64,000 nucleotides of DNA from Candidatus Latescibacterota bacterium. GTDB taxonomy: Bacteria > Latescibacterota > UBA2968 > GCA-2709665. Position numbers and translations under genes: made by a program. Under the pieces are notes generated by a model, which made no database searches, was not told the origin of the DNA, and saw nothing but the letters and a program-made list of their open reading frames with translations. This document shows positions 18,541-28,189 of this stretch, piece after piece; the stretch's first letter is position 1, and each line of letters starts with the position of its first letter. The stretch is from positions 4,672,001 to 4,736,000 of the forward strand of contig CBDCOX010000002.1 in the NCBI GenBank assembly GCA_965219995.1, read 5' to 3'.

Positions 18541-19893
18541 TTGGAACCGATCGACTGGAACGCGGTCCGTGAGGAAGTGACGGGATACCTGCAGGAGCTG
18601 ATCCGTCTGGACACGACCAATCCGCCCGGAAACGAGACGCTTGCCGCCCGGTACCTTGCCTCCGTGTTACGTCGTGAGGGTTTCGATCCCGAGGTGACCG
18701 AATCGCAGCGGGGCAGGGGGAACGTCACGGCCCGGTTGGCCGGGGGCGGCGAGCCGCTGGTGCTGTTGGGGCATACGGACGTGGTCGCGGCCGAACCCGA
18801 CCGTTGGCGGCATCCGCCGTTCGGCGGACAGGTGCACGACGGATACGTTTGGGGGCGCGGCGCGCTGGATATGAAGAATATGGTGGCCGCCGAGCTGATG
18901 GTGTTTCTGTTGTTGAAACGACGACGGATCGATCTGACGCGGGACGTCATCTTCGCGGCCACCGCGGACGAAGAGGCGGGAAAGGGCGACCATGGCGTCG
19001 GGTGGCTGCTGGACAACCATCCTGAACAGGTGGATGCGCCCTTTGTGCTGACAGAGGGCGGCGGCGCGGACTTTCGGGTGGGCGATGCCCGGTTCTATAC
19101 CTGCCAGACCGGACAGAAGGGGATCTGCAGATTCCGGATGATCGCCCGCGGGCAGCCCGGCCACGGCTCCAGGCCGCACACGCAGAACGCCGTCGTGAGG
19201 CTGTCGGAGGCGGTTGCCTCTCTGGGACGGGCCGAGTTGCCGATGCATCCCTCCCGGACCGTCCGGGCGTTTCTCGACAGTATCGCCGCAACGCAGGATT
19301 CTCTCATCGCGGACCGGCTGCGTTGCGTTCTGGAACCCGAACGCAGCGAGGCTGCGCTCGAATCGCTGCCGCTTGCGCCGGAGATCGTTGCGAACCTGCG
19401 TGCGTCGCTGCGAAATACCGCTTCCGTGACCATGCTGGATGCCGGACAGAAGATCAACGTGATTCCAACGGAGGCTTCGGCGTGGGTGGACGGCAGGCTG
19501 GCGCCGGGGCAGACGGATGACAGCTTCTTCGAGGAGATCCGGCCACTGGTCGGAGACGACGTCCGGTTCGAAGTGGACCAGTACAGCCCGCCTCTGGAGG
19601 CCGGGGTCGACTCCCCGTTGTACCGGACGATCGTGGACGTGATGGCGGATCACGATCCGGGGGCGCGGGTTGTGCCGTCGCAATCCACGGGTGGTACGGA
19701 TGCCAAACACATCTGCCCGCGAAAGCCCGCAACGCAGGTATACGGGTTCATGCCCTACCGGGGAGCTCCCGGAGAAGAAGAGTGGCAGCTGATTCACGGG
19801 CATAACGAACGCACCTCGGTGGAGAACCTCTTGTTCGCTACGCGCGTGCTGTACGATATCGTGCATCGGTTTTGCGTTGAACGGAGTCCGTAG
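18541..19893 (+). CDS. M20/M25/M40 family metallo-hydrolase
   Basis: GHTDVV, GRGALDMK, ADEEAG, GHGS, GGTD and IHGHNER. TTG start. Confidence 0.92.
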   Translation: MEPIDWNAVREEVTGYLQELIRLDTTNPPGNETLAARYLASVLRREGFDPEVTESQRGRGNVTARLAGGGEPLVLLGHTDVVAAEPDRWRHPPFGGQVHDGYVWGRGALDMKNMVAAELMVFLLLKRRRIDLTRDVIFAATADEEAGKGDHGVGWLLDNHPEQVDAPFVLTEGGGADFRVGDARFYTCQTGQKGICRFRMIARGQPGHGSRPHTQNAVVRLSEAVASLGRAELPMHPSRTVRAFLDSIAATQDSLIADRLRCVLEPERSEAALESLPLAPEIVANLRASLRNTASVTMLDAGQKINVIPTEASAWVDGRLAPGQTDDSFFEEIRPLVGDDVRFEVDQYSPPLEAGVDSPLYRTIVDVMADHDPGARVVPSQSTGGTDAKHICPRKPATQVYGFMPYRGAPGEEEWQLIHGHNERTSVENLLFATRVLYDIVHRFCVERSP

Positions 19894-20026
19894 CGGACCG
19901 CGGATGGTTTTCTCTTAATGTCTGAATTCGAAACTTACATGGATGGACAGGATGAACAGGATAAGGACCCGGAAGGTGAATCCCTCCTTTTGCCCGGTCA
20001 TAGCGACAAATCGGCAGCGGAGGGCC

Positions 20027-20140
20027 ATGAAACAGCACCCTGACCAACCGGTTCGCGTATTCTTGAAGTCCTCATCGGTATTGGACGATGAAGTTATTGA
20101 AAATCAACTGATTATTCAGAAAGACCACCGGGATTCGTGA
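20027..20140 (+). pseudogene. Possible decayed GxxExxY-family fragment
   Basis: KQHP..VRVFLKSSSVLDDEVIENQLII resembles Q.PI.V.YKG..VG....D..VE.K.I.ELK. Lies next to an ACAGGAT nonamer repeat. Confidence 0.3.
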
Positions 20141-20173
20141 GTCATTCAATCCCGAGGCTGTGCGGGGATACCG

Positions 20174-21148
20174 ATGCGGGTGCTGGTAACGGACTATGCG
20201 TGGGCGGACCTCACCGTGGAACAGAGGGTCCTGGATGAGATCGGGGTCGAGCTCGTGGCCGCGCCGGATGGCAGCGAAGAGACGCTGGCGCGGCTGGCGG
20301 TCGGCGTCAGCGGCATTATGACCTGTTGGGCCATGACCACGCGGCGGGTCATTCGGGCCGCGCTGCCGGACCTGAAGGTGGTGACGCGCTACGGGGTGGG
20401 CCTGGACAACATCGACGTGGCCTGCGCGACCGCAAGTGGGATCCCTGTGGCGTACGTGCCTGACTATTGCATGGTGGACGTGGCGGAGCACGCGATGGCG
20501 TTGTTGCTGGCGCTTTCGCGCAAGGTGGCGGGGTTCGACCGTTCCGTACGCGGCGGCGTGTGGGATATCCAGGCCGGTCTGCCGCTGAATCGCCTGACCG
20601 GACGGACGCTGGGGCTGATCGGCTTCGGGCGCATTGCGCGGGAGGTCGCGGGCCGCGCGTCGGCTTTCGGTCTGCGCCTGCTGGCGACCGCCCCGTCGAT
20701 GACGCCCGGGTCCGCGGCGGCGGGGGACGTCGAGGCCGTGACGCTGGATGAACTGTTGCGGACGTCGGACTTTGTCTCGATTCACTGTCCATCCACGGAC
20801 GCGACGCGGGGACTCATCGACGCGGCCGCCCTGCGAAGGATGAAACCCACGGCCTGCCTGATCAATACGTCGCGTGGCGATATCGTGGATGAGACCGCGC
20901 TGGCCGACGCGCTGGCCGCGGGAGGGATCGCGGGGGCGGCCCTCGACGTCCGTGTGGAGGAGCCCCCGGGCGAGGACGACCGGCTTATCGGGATGCCCCA
21001 GGTGATCCATACGCCTCACGCGGCGTTTTATTCGGCTGAATCCCTGATTGAATTGAGGCAGCGCGCCGCGATGGAGACGCGCCGGGTCCTGCGGGGCGAA
21101 GACCCGGAGAACCTGGTGAATCCGGAATACCGGCGCGCCGGCGGGTGA
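20174..21148 (+). CDS. CtBP-like D-2-hydroxyacid dehydrogenase
   Basis: RYGVGLDNID, VPDYC, GFGRIA, INTSRG, LDV.EEP and TPHAAF. Confidence 0.92.
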   Translation: MRVLVTDYAWADLTVEQRVLDEIGVELVAAPDGSEETLARLAVGVSGIMTCWAMTTRRVIRAALPDLKVVTRYGVGLDNIDVACATASGIPVAYVPDYCMVDVAEHAMALLLALSRKVAGFDRSVRGGVWDIQAGLPLNRLTGRTLGLIGFGRIAREVAGRASAFGLRLLATAPSMTPGSAAAGDVEAVTLDELLRTSDFVSIHCPSTDATRGLIDAAALRRMKPTACLINTSRGDIVDETALADALAAGGIAGAALDVRVEEPPGEDDRLIGMPQVIHTPHAAFYSAESLIELRQRAAMETRRVLRGEDPENLVNPEYRRAGG

Positions 21149-21238
21149 CGTCATCCTGCGGGCACGACCCGTTCCACCAGCGGGTCCGCCATGAACGCGT
21201 CGCAGCGGAGACGGAAGATGACTGTGCGGGAGTCATAA

Positions 21239-22606
21239 TTGTCCGAACAGCCCAACATACTGGTACTGATGTGCGACCAGTTGCGACGCGACGCGCTGTC
21301 TGTTCACGGCGACGTGAACCTGCAGACGCCGAATATCGACGCGCTGGCAACACGGGGCGTGAGATTCACAAACGCCTGTTCAACCTATCCGATCTGCGTG
21401 CCCTTCCGCTTTACGTTCATGACGGGAGAATACGCGCACACGCGCAAGGTCCCCGGTATCGAGTACCGGATGTCGCCAACCGAATTCACGCTGGCCGACG
21501 CGTTCAACGAGGCGGGGTACGAAACGATATACGTGGGGAAATGGCACCTGGACGGCGGTCACGGTAGAATGGGATCGGCGCTGGAATGCGGGCGTACGCC
21601 GGTGCCGCGGGAGTACCAGGGACGCTGGGAGAAGTGGTTCGGATTCGAGCTCAGAAATGCCCCTTTCGACACGTATTATTTCGAGGACGACGATCCCGAG
21701 CCAAGGCCCATCGCCGGCTATCAGACCGACGGGCTGTACGATATCGGCATGAATTACCTTGCCGGGGAGCGGGACACATCCAGGCCGTTCTGCATGGTCA
21801 TTTCGGTCGAGCCACCGCACGACCCGTTCGAAGCGCCGCCCGATATTCAGGCGGCATGGGAAGCCAGGGAGATTGAACTGCCGCCCAATTTCGAGGCGTC
21901 CGACGGCGCGAGCCGGGAAGCATTCGTGCTGAATCGCAAGCGATATTACGCGATGGTGGAGAATCTGGACGCCAATGTGAAGCGGATGACGGACTTTCTG
22001 GAGGCGCAGGGACTGGCGGAGAACACCGTGGTGCTGTTCGTTTCGGACCACGGCGAACTGGGCGGCAGCCACGGGCTCAGAGGAAAGCAGTGGCCGTACG
22101 AGGAATCCGTGGGCATTCCGGCGATCGTCTGCGACCCCCGCTTTCCCGTCCGGGCGGGTACGGCAATCGAGGATCCGGTCTGCACGGAGGATTTTTTCCC
22201 GACGTTACTGGGGCTGGCGGGGCTGACCCCCGGCGATCACCTGCAGGGTATGGACCTGTCCCCGCTGATCCACGGTGAGACCGACTCGCTGGATCGGGAA
22301 GGGGTTATGCTGGAATTCGTGGCCGAACTCCGCAAGGGGATGGCCTTCAACCGGTGGGTGTGGCGCGGGTTTCGGAGCGCGCGATACAAATATACCGTAC
22401 GGGGAGACAAGATGGGCGCGGGCGCCTGGCAGTTTTTCGATCTGCATGCCGATCCGTACGAACGCCGGAACCTGATCGATCACCCCGACTTCCAGGACGA
22501 AATCGCGCGGCACCACAGGCTTCTCAGAGAACGCCTTGTTGAAACCGGCGACCATTTCGTGTTGCTGCCCGCGTTTGGATGCGACGGTGTAAACGTGTGG
22601 CGGTAG
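21239..22606 (+). CDS. Sulfatase (Cys-type, formylglycine-dependent)
   Basis: PNILVLMCDQ, CVPFR (CxPxR), GKWHL, PPH and SDHG. Confidence 0.92.
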   Translation: MSEQPNILVLMCDQLRRDALSVHGDVNLQTPNIDALATRGVRFTNACSTYPICVPFRFTFMTGEYAHTRKVPGIEYRMSPTEFTLADAFNEAGYETIYVGKWHLDGGHGRMGSALECGRTPVPREYQGRWEKWFGFELRNAPFDTYYFEDDDPEPRPIAGYQTDGLYDIGMNYLAGERDTSRPFCMVISVEPPHDPFEAPPDIQAAWEAREIELPPNFEASDGASREAFVLNRKRYYAMVENLDANVKRMTDFLEAQGLAENTVVLFVSDHGELGGSHGLRGKQWPYEESVGIPAIVCDPRFPVRAGTAIEDPVCTEDFFPTLLGLAGLTPGDHLQGMDLSPLIHGETDSLDREGVMLEFVAELRKGMAFNRWVWRGFRSARYKYTVRGDKMGAGAWQFFDLHADPYERRNLIDHPDFQDEIARHHRLLRERLVETGDHFVLLPAFGCDGVNVWR

Positions 22607-22622
22607 GGTTCTAACGGAAGGT

Positions 22623-23663
22623 TTATGCGGCCTGAAACCAGCCGCGGAAGGTGGGTTCGAAAGGGGATCGGGCCACGCCCTTCTCCGTAATGATGGCCGA
22701 GACGAGCCGCTCCGGCGTGACGTCGAAGGCCGGATTGTAGACGTTCACCCCTCCAGGGGCGGTCTGCCTGCCCATCCCCCGGGTGATTTCCTCAGAGCCG
22801 CGTTCTTCGATGGGAATCTCCTCACCGCCGGTGAGGGACATGTCGATTGTGGACAGTGGAGCGGCGACGTAAAAGGGAACGTTGTGTTCCCTTGCCACGA
22901 TGGCCAGTCCGTAGGTGCCGATTTTGTTGGCCACGTCGCCGTTGGCGGCAATGCGGTCTGCGCCAACGATGACGCTGTCGATATTCTTCTGCCGCAGGAC
23001 GGATGCCGCCATGCTGTCGCAGATCACCGTGACGTCGACGCCGCTTTGACCGAGTTCCCACGCCGTGAGCCGCGACCCCTGCAGCAGGGGGCGGGTTTCA
23101 TCAGCGAAGACGGCGACCTGTTTCCCGGATTCGACGGCTGCATATACCACGGCCAGCGCCGTACCGTAATCCGCGGTGGCCAGGGCGCCGGCGTTGCAGT
23201 GGGTGAGCACGGTGGCGTCGTGCCCGATCAGTTCGGCCCCGTTTTTGCCGATCTGCCTGCATACCTTCCGGTCTTCCTCGAAGATTTCGTGTGCTTCCTT
23301 CAGCAACTGGTCCCGAATCTCCGCGGGGTCCTGATCGGCGACTTCGCTCAGTCGTCTGCTCATCCGATCCAGCGCCCAGAAAAGGTTCACCGCCGTAGGC
23401 CGGGTGCGAGAGAGTCTCGATATTGCCTCCTTCGTCCCGGAGACGATATCGCCGCCCGAGGCCAGGGCTTCCCGCGCGCCGATGACGACGCCATACGCCG
23501 CGGCCACGCCGATGGCGGGGGCACCCCGGACCCGTAGGCTCTCGATGGCTTCGGCGACGGTTTCCACGTCTCCGCAGTCGATCCGGACGTATCGTTCAGG
23601 CAGAAAGGTCTGATCGATCAGCCGAAGGGAGTCGTTTTCCCAGGTGATGGTTGGTACAGGCAT
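22623..23663 (-). CDS. mtnA: S-methyl-5-thioribose-1-phosphate isomerase
   Basis: VRGAPAIG, RPTAVNL, THCNAG, ETRP, GADRIAANGDVANKIGT and NPAFDVTP. Confidence 0.96.
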   Translation of the reverse strand: MPVPTITWENDSLRLIDQTFLPERYVRIDCGDVETVAEAIESLRVRGAPAIGVAAAYGVVIGAREALASGGDIVSGTKEAISRLSRTRPTAVNLFWALDRMSRRLSEVADQDPAEIRDQLLKEAHEIFEEDRKVCRQIGKNGAELIGHDATVLTHCNAGALATADYGTALAVVYAAVESGKQVAVFADETRPLLQGSRLTAWELGQSGVDVTVICDSMAASVLRQKNIDSVIVGADRIAANGDVANKIGTYGLAIVAREHNVPFYVAAPLSTIDMSLTGGEEIPIEERGSEEITRGMGRQTAPGGVNVYNPAFDVTPERLVSAIITEKGVARSPFEPTFRGWFQAA

Positions 23664-23688
23664 CGGTCGGATCCGTTCGACCCGGAAT

Positions 23689-24120
23689 TTAAGGTTGTTC
23701 GGGAGAGGATGTCCCGGCGAGTGCGGGATCTTCTTCGATCCGTTCGGACGGGGCGTCGCCCCAGAGGCGCTCCAGGCGGTAGAACGCCCGCGCCCTGGGC
23801 TGGAAGATGTGGACGACCACGTCGATATAGTCGAACAGAACCCAGGTGCGCGATTCCTGGCCCTCGATATGCCACGGCCTGTAGCCCGCCGCTTTCGTGC
23901 CTTCCTGCAACGCGTCTGCAAGCGCTCTTACGTGTACGTCGGAATTTCCCGTGCAGATGAGAAAGTAGTCCGCGACGTCGGAGACCGTCCGCAGATCGAT
24001 CAGGAGAAGGTCTTCGCCCTTCCGGGACTGAAGGCATTCGATACAGAGATCCAGGACTTCGCGTATCTGATCGGACAAGTCGGTCCCGTTCCGTGATGGG
24101 GTTGAAGGCCTTATCTTCAA
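23689..24120 (-). CDS. rsfS: Ribosome silencing factor (Iojap)
   Basis: DYFLICTG, WVLFDY.DVVVHIF and FYRLERLWGD. Confidence 0.95.
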   Translation of the reverse strand: MKIRPSTPSRNGTDLSDQIREVLDLCIECLQSRKGEDLLLIDLRTVSDVADYFLICTGNSDVHVRALADALQEGTKAAGYRPWHIEGQESRTWVLFDYIDVVVHIFQPRARAFYRLERLWGDAPSERIEEDPALAGTSSPEQP

Positions 24121-24140
24121 TGGTTGGCCCGCGGAGGCCC

Positions 24141-24647
24141 CTATCGCTGCGGGCTGCGGGTGAAGATGCTGAGGCGATCGTAATCCCTGCCTATGATAAC
24201 CGCGACCTGCTCGATGCGATATGGGTCGTGGACGATTTGCTGAATATGCGTGCGCAGTCCCATTGCGCTTGCCACCCTGCGTGCGTTTTCAAGGTTGCCC
24301 GTCCTGTCGATGACCATGGTTTCGGGATAGTTGAAGCTATCCGCGTTCTTCCACGTCATCACGTCGAAACCTGCTTCCCTCAGATAACGCCCCACCTTTT
24401 CCGCGACACCGGAAACGCCGCATCCGTTGAGTACTTCGATGCGGATTCGCCGCATCGAATCCGGACGGGCTCTTGCGACAGGCTCCGGATTCGGCGCCGC
24501 GGGAGTTTCCGGCGCCGGCGCGGCGGGGGGTTCAGGCTTTGGATCGACGGAAGGGGGCTCCGGCGGCAGCCGTCGCCGGATGTCCAGGACGGCGATCGCT
24601 GCAAAGGTCAAAACCGCCAGCGCGGTCAGGACGATTTTTCGTGACAT
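24141..24647 (-). CDS. LytR C-terminal domain-containing membrane-anchored protein
   Basis: N-terminal TM, Pro-rich linker, IEVLNGCGVSGVA and VIIGRD. Confidence 0.85.
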   Translation of the reverse strand: MSRKIVLTALAVLTFAAIAVLDIRRRLPPEPPSVDPKPEPPAAPAPETPAAPNPEPVARARPDSMRRIRIEVLNGCGVSGVAEKVGRYLREAGFDVMTWKNADSFNYPETMVIDRTGNLENARRVASAMGLRTHIQQIVHDPYRIEQVAVIIGRDYDRLSIFTRSPQR

Positions 24648-24667
24648 CTGCTATGCCGGAAAAACGG

Positions 24668-24707
24668 AACGGGACATCCGTCCGGTCCGTCCGGACAGTG
24701 TCCCGTT
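24668..24707 (-). terminator. Intergenic hairpin (terminator or mRNA stabiliser)
   Basis: AACGGGACA...TGTCCCGTT outer stem with GTCCGG/CCGGAC inner stem. Confidence 0.35.
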
Positions 24708-24732
24708 TGAAGGAGTTACAGCGAGGCGCATT

Positions 24733-25212
24733 TCAATACCGATATCCGCCTCTGTGTCTATAATAGGGCGAGTTACTCAGCTGAATTTCGATTTGGATGT
24801 TCTCCCTTGGCTGGTAGAACATACCCACGTAGGGAATGACAAGCCTGGCGTTGTTGTTACCCAGAGCGGATCCGAAAGTCGAGCTCCCCTTAAGCAAGTG
24901 TTCGAGGCCGACCTGCGCCTCGATCAGCAGGGGCTTTTTCGTATTTGCGCGGTAACTTATGGTATTCAGATAATATTGGCTGGCCCCGCCGAAGGCGCCG
25001 GAACGGAAGTTGAATCCGACCGTGTTCCTGAACGAAAGCCTGCCCGAATCCAACAGGCTCTTGAATTTATCGCCCAGTCCGAGAGGTTCAGGCGAAAAGT
25101 CGATTGTCTTAAAGGCGGGGAACTTCGCCGGCTGAGGTTGAGACGTTTGTTCAGCCGACGCCGAAGAGACCGCAAGGAACACTGTCGCCAGTAAACACGT
25201 AGTCATTCTCAT
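24733..25212 (-). CDS. Hypothetical secreted protein
   Basis: Signal peptide MRMTTCLLATVFLAVSSASA followed by beta-strand-like alternating segments. GGAGG upstream. Confidence 0.7.
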   Translation of the reverse strand: MRMTTCLLATVFLAVSSASAEQTSQPQPAKFPAFKTIDFSPEPLGLGDKFKSLLDSGRLSFRNTVGFNFRSGAFGGASQYYLNTISYRANTKKPLLIEAQVGLEHLLKGSSTFGSALGNNNARLVIPYVGMFYQPRENIQIEIQLSNSPYYRHRGGYRY

Positions 25213-25267
25213 CAGTTCGTCCTCCTCCACTCCCGGCCTGTAACCTCACATTCAATAGTCGTGAAAT

Positions 25268-25296
25268 AGAATACGACAATAAAACCGGCGTGTCAA
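25268..25296 (-). promoter_or_regulatory. Putative sigma70 promoter for the hypothetical-LytR-rsfS-mtnA run
   Basis: Minus strand TTGACA-N17-TATTCT. Confidence 0.6.
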
Positions 25297-25415
25297 GGTC
25301 TATCAACGTCAATCGGCACGCCACATATTGGACGTTCGAGAGGCGGAATTCGTTCCATAATCCGTCCGCCTGCGTTAACGCGCCGATGAACGGACCCGTT
25401 TCCGAACTGCCGGGT

Positions 25416-25491
25416 GCCGTTGAAGGTCCGCAACGCCGACATTCGGTCATAAGGGCCGGACGTAGCCCCGATGGCCTCTTTCAACGGACTG
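25416..25491. mobile_element. Internally deleted relative of the 12314-12473 MITE
   Basis: CGCAACGCCG..TTCGGTCA.AAGGGCCGGACG.AG.CC.GATGG.CT.TTTCAACGG.CTG is shared with 12411-12473. Abuts the carA stop codon. Confidence 0.7.
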
Positions 25492-26613
25492 TCAGGCCTC
25501 TTCCATCAATTCCACAAAACGATCGAAGAGATATTCGGCATCGTGCGGGCCGGCGGACGCTTCCGGGTGGTATTGTACGCAGAAGACGGGCAGGCGCCTG
25601 TGCCTCAACCCTTCCAGGGTACTGTCGTTCAGATTGACGTGGGTAACTTCCACCTCGCGGTGATCCAGCGAATCCGCGTCCACGGCAAACCCGTGGTTCT
25701 GGGACGTTATTTCCACCTTGCCGGTATCCAGCTCTCTGACGGGCTGGTTTGCGCCCCGGTGCCCGAATTTCAGTTTGTACGTCCGCCCGCCAAGGGCCAG
25801 CCCCAGCAGCTGGTGGCCGAGGCAGATGCCGAAGGTGGGTCTGGCGTGCATGAGCTGTCGGATGTTCTCCACCGCGTAGGCAAGCGGCTCCGGATCGCCG
25901 GGTCCGTTCGACAGGAAGATTCCGTCGGGGTCGATTTCGCGCAGCTGATCCGCCGGGGCGTCCGCCGGAAAGACGGTGACGTCGCAGCCGCGGCTGACGA
26001 GGTACCGGAGGATGTTCCGCTTGACGCCGAAATCGTAGACGGCCACCCTGAATCGGGCGTTTTCGCCGAGCGTTTCCGCCCGACCTTTCTCATAGTCGAA
26101 CAGGCCCTCCGTCCAGCGGTAGGGTTCGCTGCAGCTGGCCGCGCCGGCAAGGTCCCGCCCCACCATGGTCGGCGAATTTCGTGCTCTTTCGACCAGGCTG
26201 TCCCGATCCGTGTCCAGGGTGGACAGGACGCTCTTCATCGCGCCCTCGGTGCGGATGCGCCGCGTGAGCGCCCGGGTGTCGACGCCCTGAATACCCGGAA
26301 TGCCGTGGCGTTTCAGGTAGTTGCCGAGGGATTCGCTCGAACGCCAGTTGCTGGGCAGATCACAGTATTCCCTGACCACGAAACCCTCCACCTGGGGCCG
26401 CCCGGATTCGACGTCGATCGGATTGACGCCGTAGTTGCCGATGAGCGGGTACGTCATCGTGACGATCTGGCCCTTGTAGGACGGGTCCGTGAGAATTTCC
26501 TGGTATCCCGTGATGCTGGTATTGAAGACGACCTCGCCCTCGCATTCACCGGACGCGCCGAAGGATTCTCCTTCGTAACATGTGCCGTCTTCCAGGGCAA
26601 GTATGGCTTTCAT
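25492..26613 (-). CDS. carA: Carbamoyl-phosphate synthase small subunit
   Basis: GEVVFNT, TDPSY.GQ, SNGPGDP, GICLGHQ, FGHRGAN and QYHPEA. Confidence 0.98.
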   Translation of the reverse strand: MKAILALEDGTCYEGESFGASGECEGEVVFNTSITGYQEILTDPSYKGQIVTMTYPLIGNYGVNPIDVESGRPQVEGFVVREYCDLPSNWRSSESLGNYLKRHGIPGIQGVDTRALTRRIRTEGAMKSVLSTLDTDRDSLVERARNSPTMVGRDLAGAASCSEPYRWTEGLFDYEKGRAETLGENARFRVAVYDFGVKRNILRYLVSRGCDVTVFPADAPADQLREIDPDGIFLSNGPGDPEPLAYAVENIRQLMHARPTFGICLGHQLLGLALGGRTYKLKFGHRGANQPVRELDTGKVEITSQNHGFAVDADSLDHREVEVTHVNLNDSTLEGLRHRRLPVFCVQYHPEASAGPHDAEYLFDRFVELMEEA

Positions 26614-26695
26614 GGGCGGGTGTGACTCCTGCCGGATGAATGTTCGTGGGAACTTTGAAGAGTCGGGGTTCATGGCCCCGCGTCTTCAGCGTATA

Positions 26696-28015
26696 TTACG
26701 CGCCATCAGCCGGACCGCATCCGTCGTCGGCAGATCTGTGGGTCACGCGTCCGCCGAGAATCGTCAGAACGGCCCTGCCGGTCAGGGTGTGCCCATGAAA
26801 GGGCGTGTTCCGGGACCTGGAGCGGAACGCGTTCGCGTCGACGGTCCATGTGCGCGCCGGGTCGATAACCGTAACGTCTGCCGGTGCGCCGGGCGACAGA
26901 GTGCCGCCGGGGATCCCCAGGATCCGGGCGGGCGTTACGGTGAGTTTGCGAATCGTTTCGGACGCCGGAAGGATGCCGGGCTCGACAAGGTGAGTAAAAA
27001 AGGTTCCCACGGCGGTTTCCAGCCCCAGGATGCCGTTGGGCGCATCGGGAAACCGCAGGAGTTTTTCCGAAACGGTGTGCGGCGCGTGGTCCGTGGCAAG
27101 AGCGTCTATGGTTCCATCGGCCAGGCCCTCCAGCAGGGCATCGCGATCATCGGCTGAACGGAGGGGAGGGCTCATCTTGCCCTGGGTGCCGTAAACCCGC
27201 ACGTCTTCGTCCGTGAGCGCGACGTGGTGGGGCATGGCTTCGCAGGTCACGGCCATGCCTTGCGATTTGGCCCGGCGAACGAGATCCACGGCGCGGCGAA
27301 CGCTGATGTGGAGGATATGCAGGCGCCCGCCCGCCGAGCGGACCAGGTTGATGTCCCGCTCGACCATGGCGGCCTCGCCTTCAGCCGGCATGCCCTTGAT
27401 GCCCAGTTCCCGCGACACCGCGCCCTGGTGCATGTGCCCGCCTCTTGTCAGCGCGAACACCTCTGAGTGCGGGCAGACGGGAAATCCGTGCAACTCCGAC
27501 AGGCGCAGAAGATCGCGCATGACGGCTTCGGTCTCTATCGGCAGACCGTCGTCCGAGAAGCCCACGGCGCCGGCTTCCAGAAGGGCCTCGACGTCCGTTA
27601 GTTCCCGGCCCTTCATCCCCCTTGTCGCGCAGGCGATCGGGTAGACCCGGGCATCCGCCTGTTCGGCCTTGTTCAGGATGGTGTCGACGACGTCGGGAGA
27701 ATCGATTGGCGGGTCGGTATTGGGCAGGCACGCAACGGCCGTAAATCCGCCGGCAGCGGCCGCGCGGCATCCGGTTTCCACGGTTTCCTTCTCGGGAAAC
27801 CCCGGATCCCGCAGGTGAACGTGCATGTCGATGAGCCCCGGGACGACCAGCGTTCCCGAGACGTCGATAACATCCGCGTCCGCCGGCGGTTCGATTCCTT
27901 CGGCAATGCGGTCGATCCGGCCGTGCCGGATCAGAACGTCCGACGGCGAGTCGACCGCGTTGGCTGGATCGATGACTCGTCCGTTTTTGAGGAGAATGGG
28001 TGTGGCCGGGCTCAT
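26696..28015 (-). CDS. pyrC: Dihydroorotase
   Basis: DMHVHLRDPG, GGFT, FSDDG, PPLR, ATDHAPH and SRNTPF. Adjacent to carA. Confidence 0.95.
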   Translation of the reverse strand: MSPATPILLKNGRVIDPANAVDSPSDVLIRHGRIDRIAEGIEPPADADVIDVSGTLVVPGLIDMHVHLRDPGFPEKETVETGCRAAAAGGFTAVACLPNTDPPIDSPDVVDTILNKAEQADARVYPIACATRGMKGRELTDVEALLEAGAVGFSDDGLPIETEAVMRDLLRLSELHGFPVCPHSEVFALTRGGHMHQGAVSRELGIKGMPAEGEAAMVERDINLVRSAGGRLHILHISVRRAVDLVRRAKSQGMAVTCEAMPHHVALTDEDVRVYGTQGKMSPPLRSADDRDALLEGLADGTIDALATDHAPHTVSEKLLRFPDAPNGILGLETAVGTFFTHLVEPGILPASETIRKLTVTPARILGIPGGTLSPGAPADVTVIDPARTWTVDANAFRSRSRNTPFHGHTLTGRAVLTILGGRVTHRSADDGCGPADGA

Positions 28016-28054
28016 TGGAAAACGGGGGTGCGACAATCGGGAATTTTGGTTGCA

Positions 28055-28083
28055 AAGTTACCGGCGGCGGCCATTTCTGTCAA
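28055..28083 (-). promoter_or_regulatory. Putative sigma70 promoter for pyrC-carA
   Basis: Minus strand TTGACA-N17-TAACTT. Confidence 0.6.
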
Positions 28084-28189
28084 GCGGATTCCGTAAAAAC
28101 AAGCGGGATCGGCTTCCCCCGCTTGCTGATTTGCAGGACGATGCGTATCTTTGCAGCAAACCGGCTTCGGAATCGAATGGAGGTTCACC

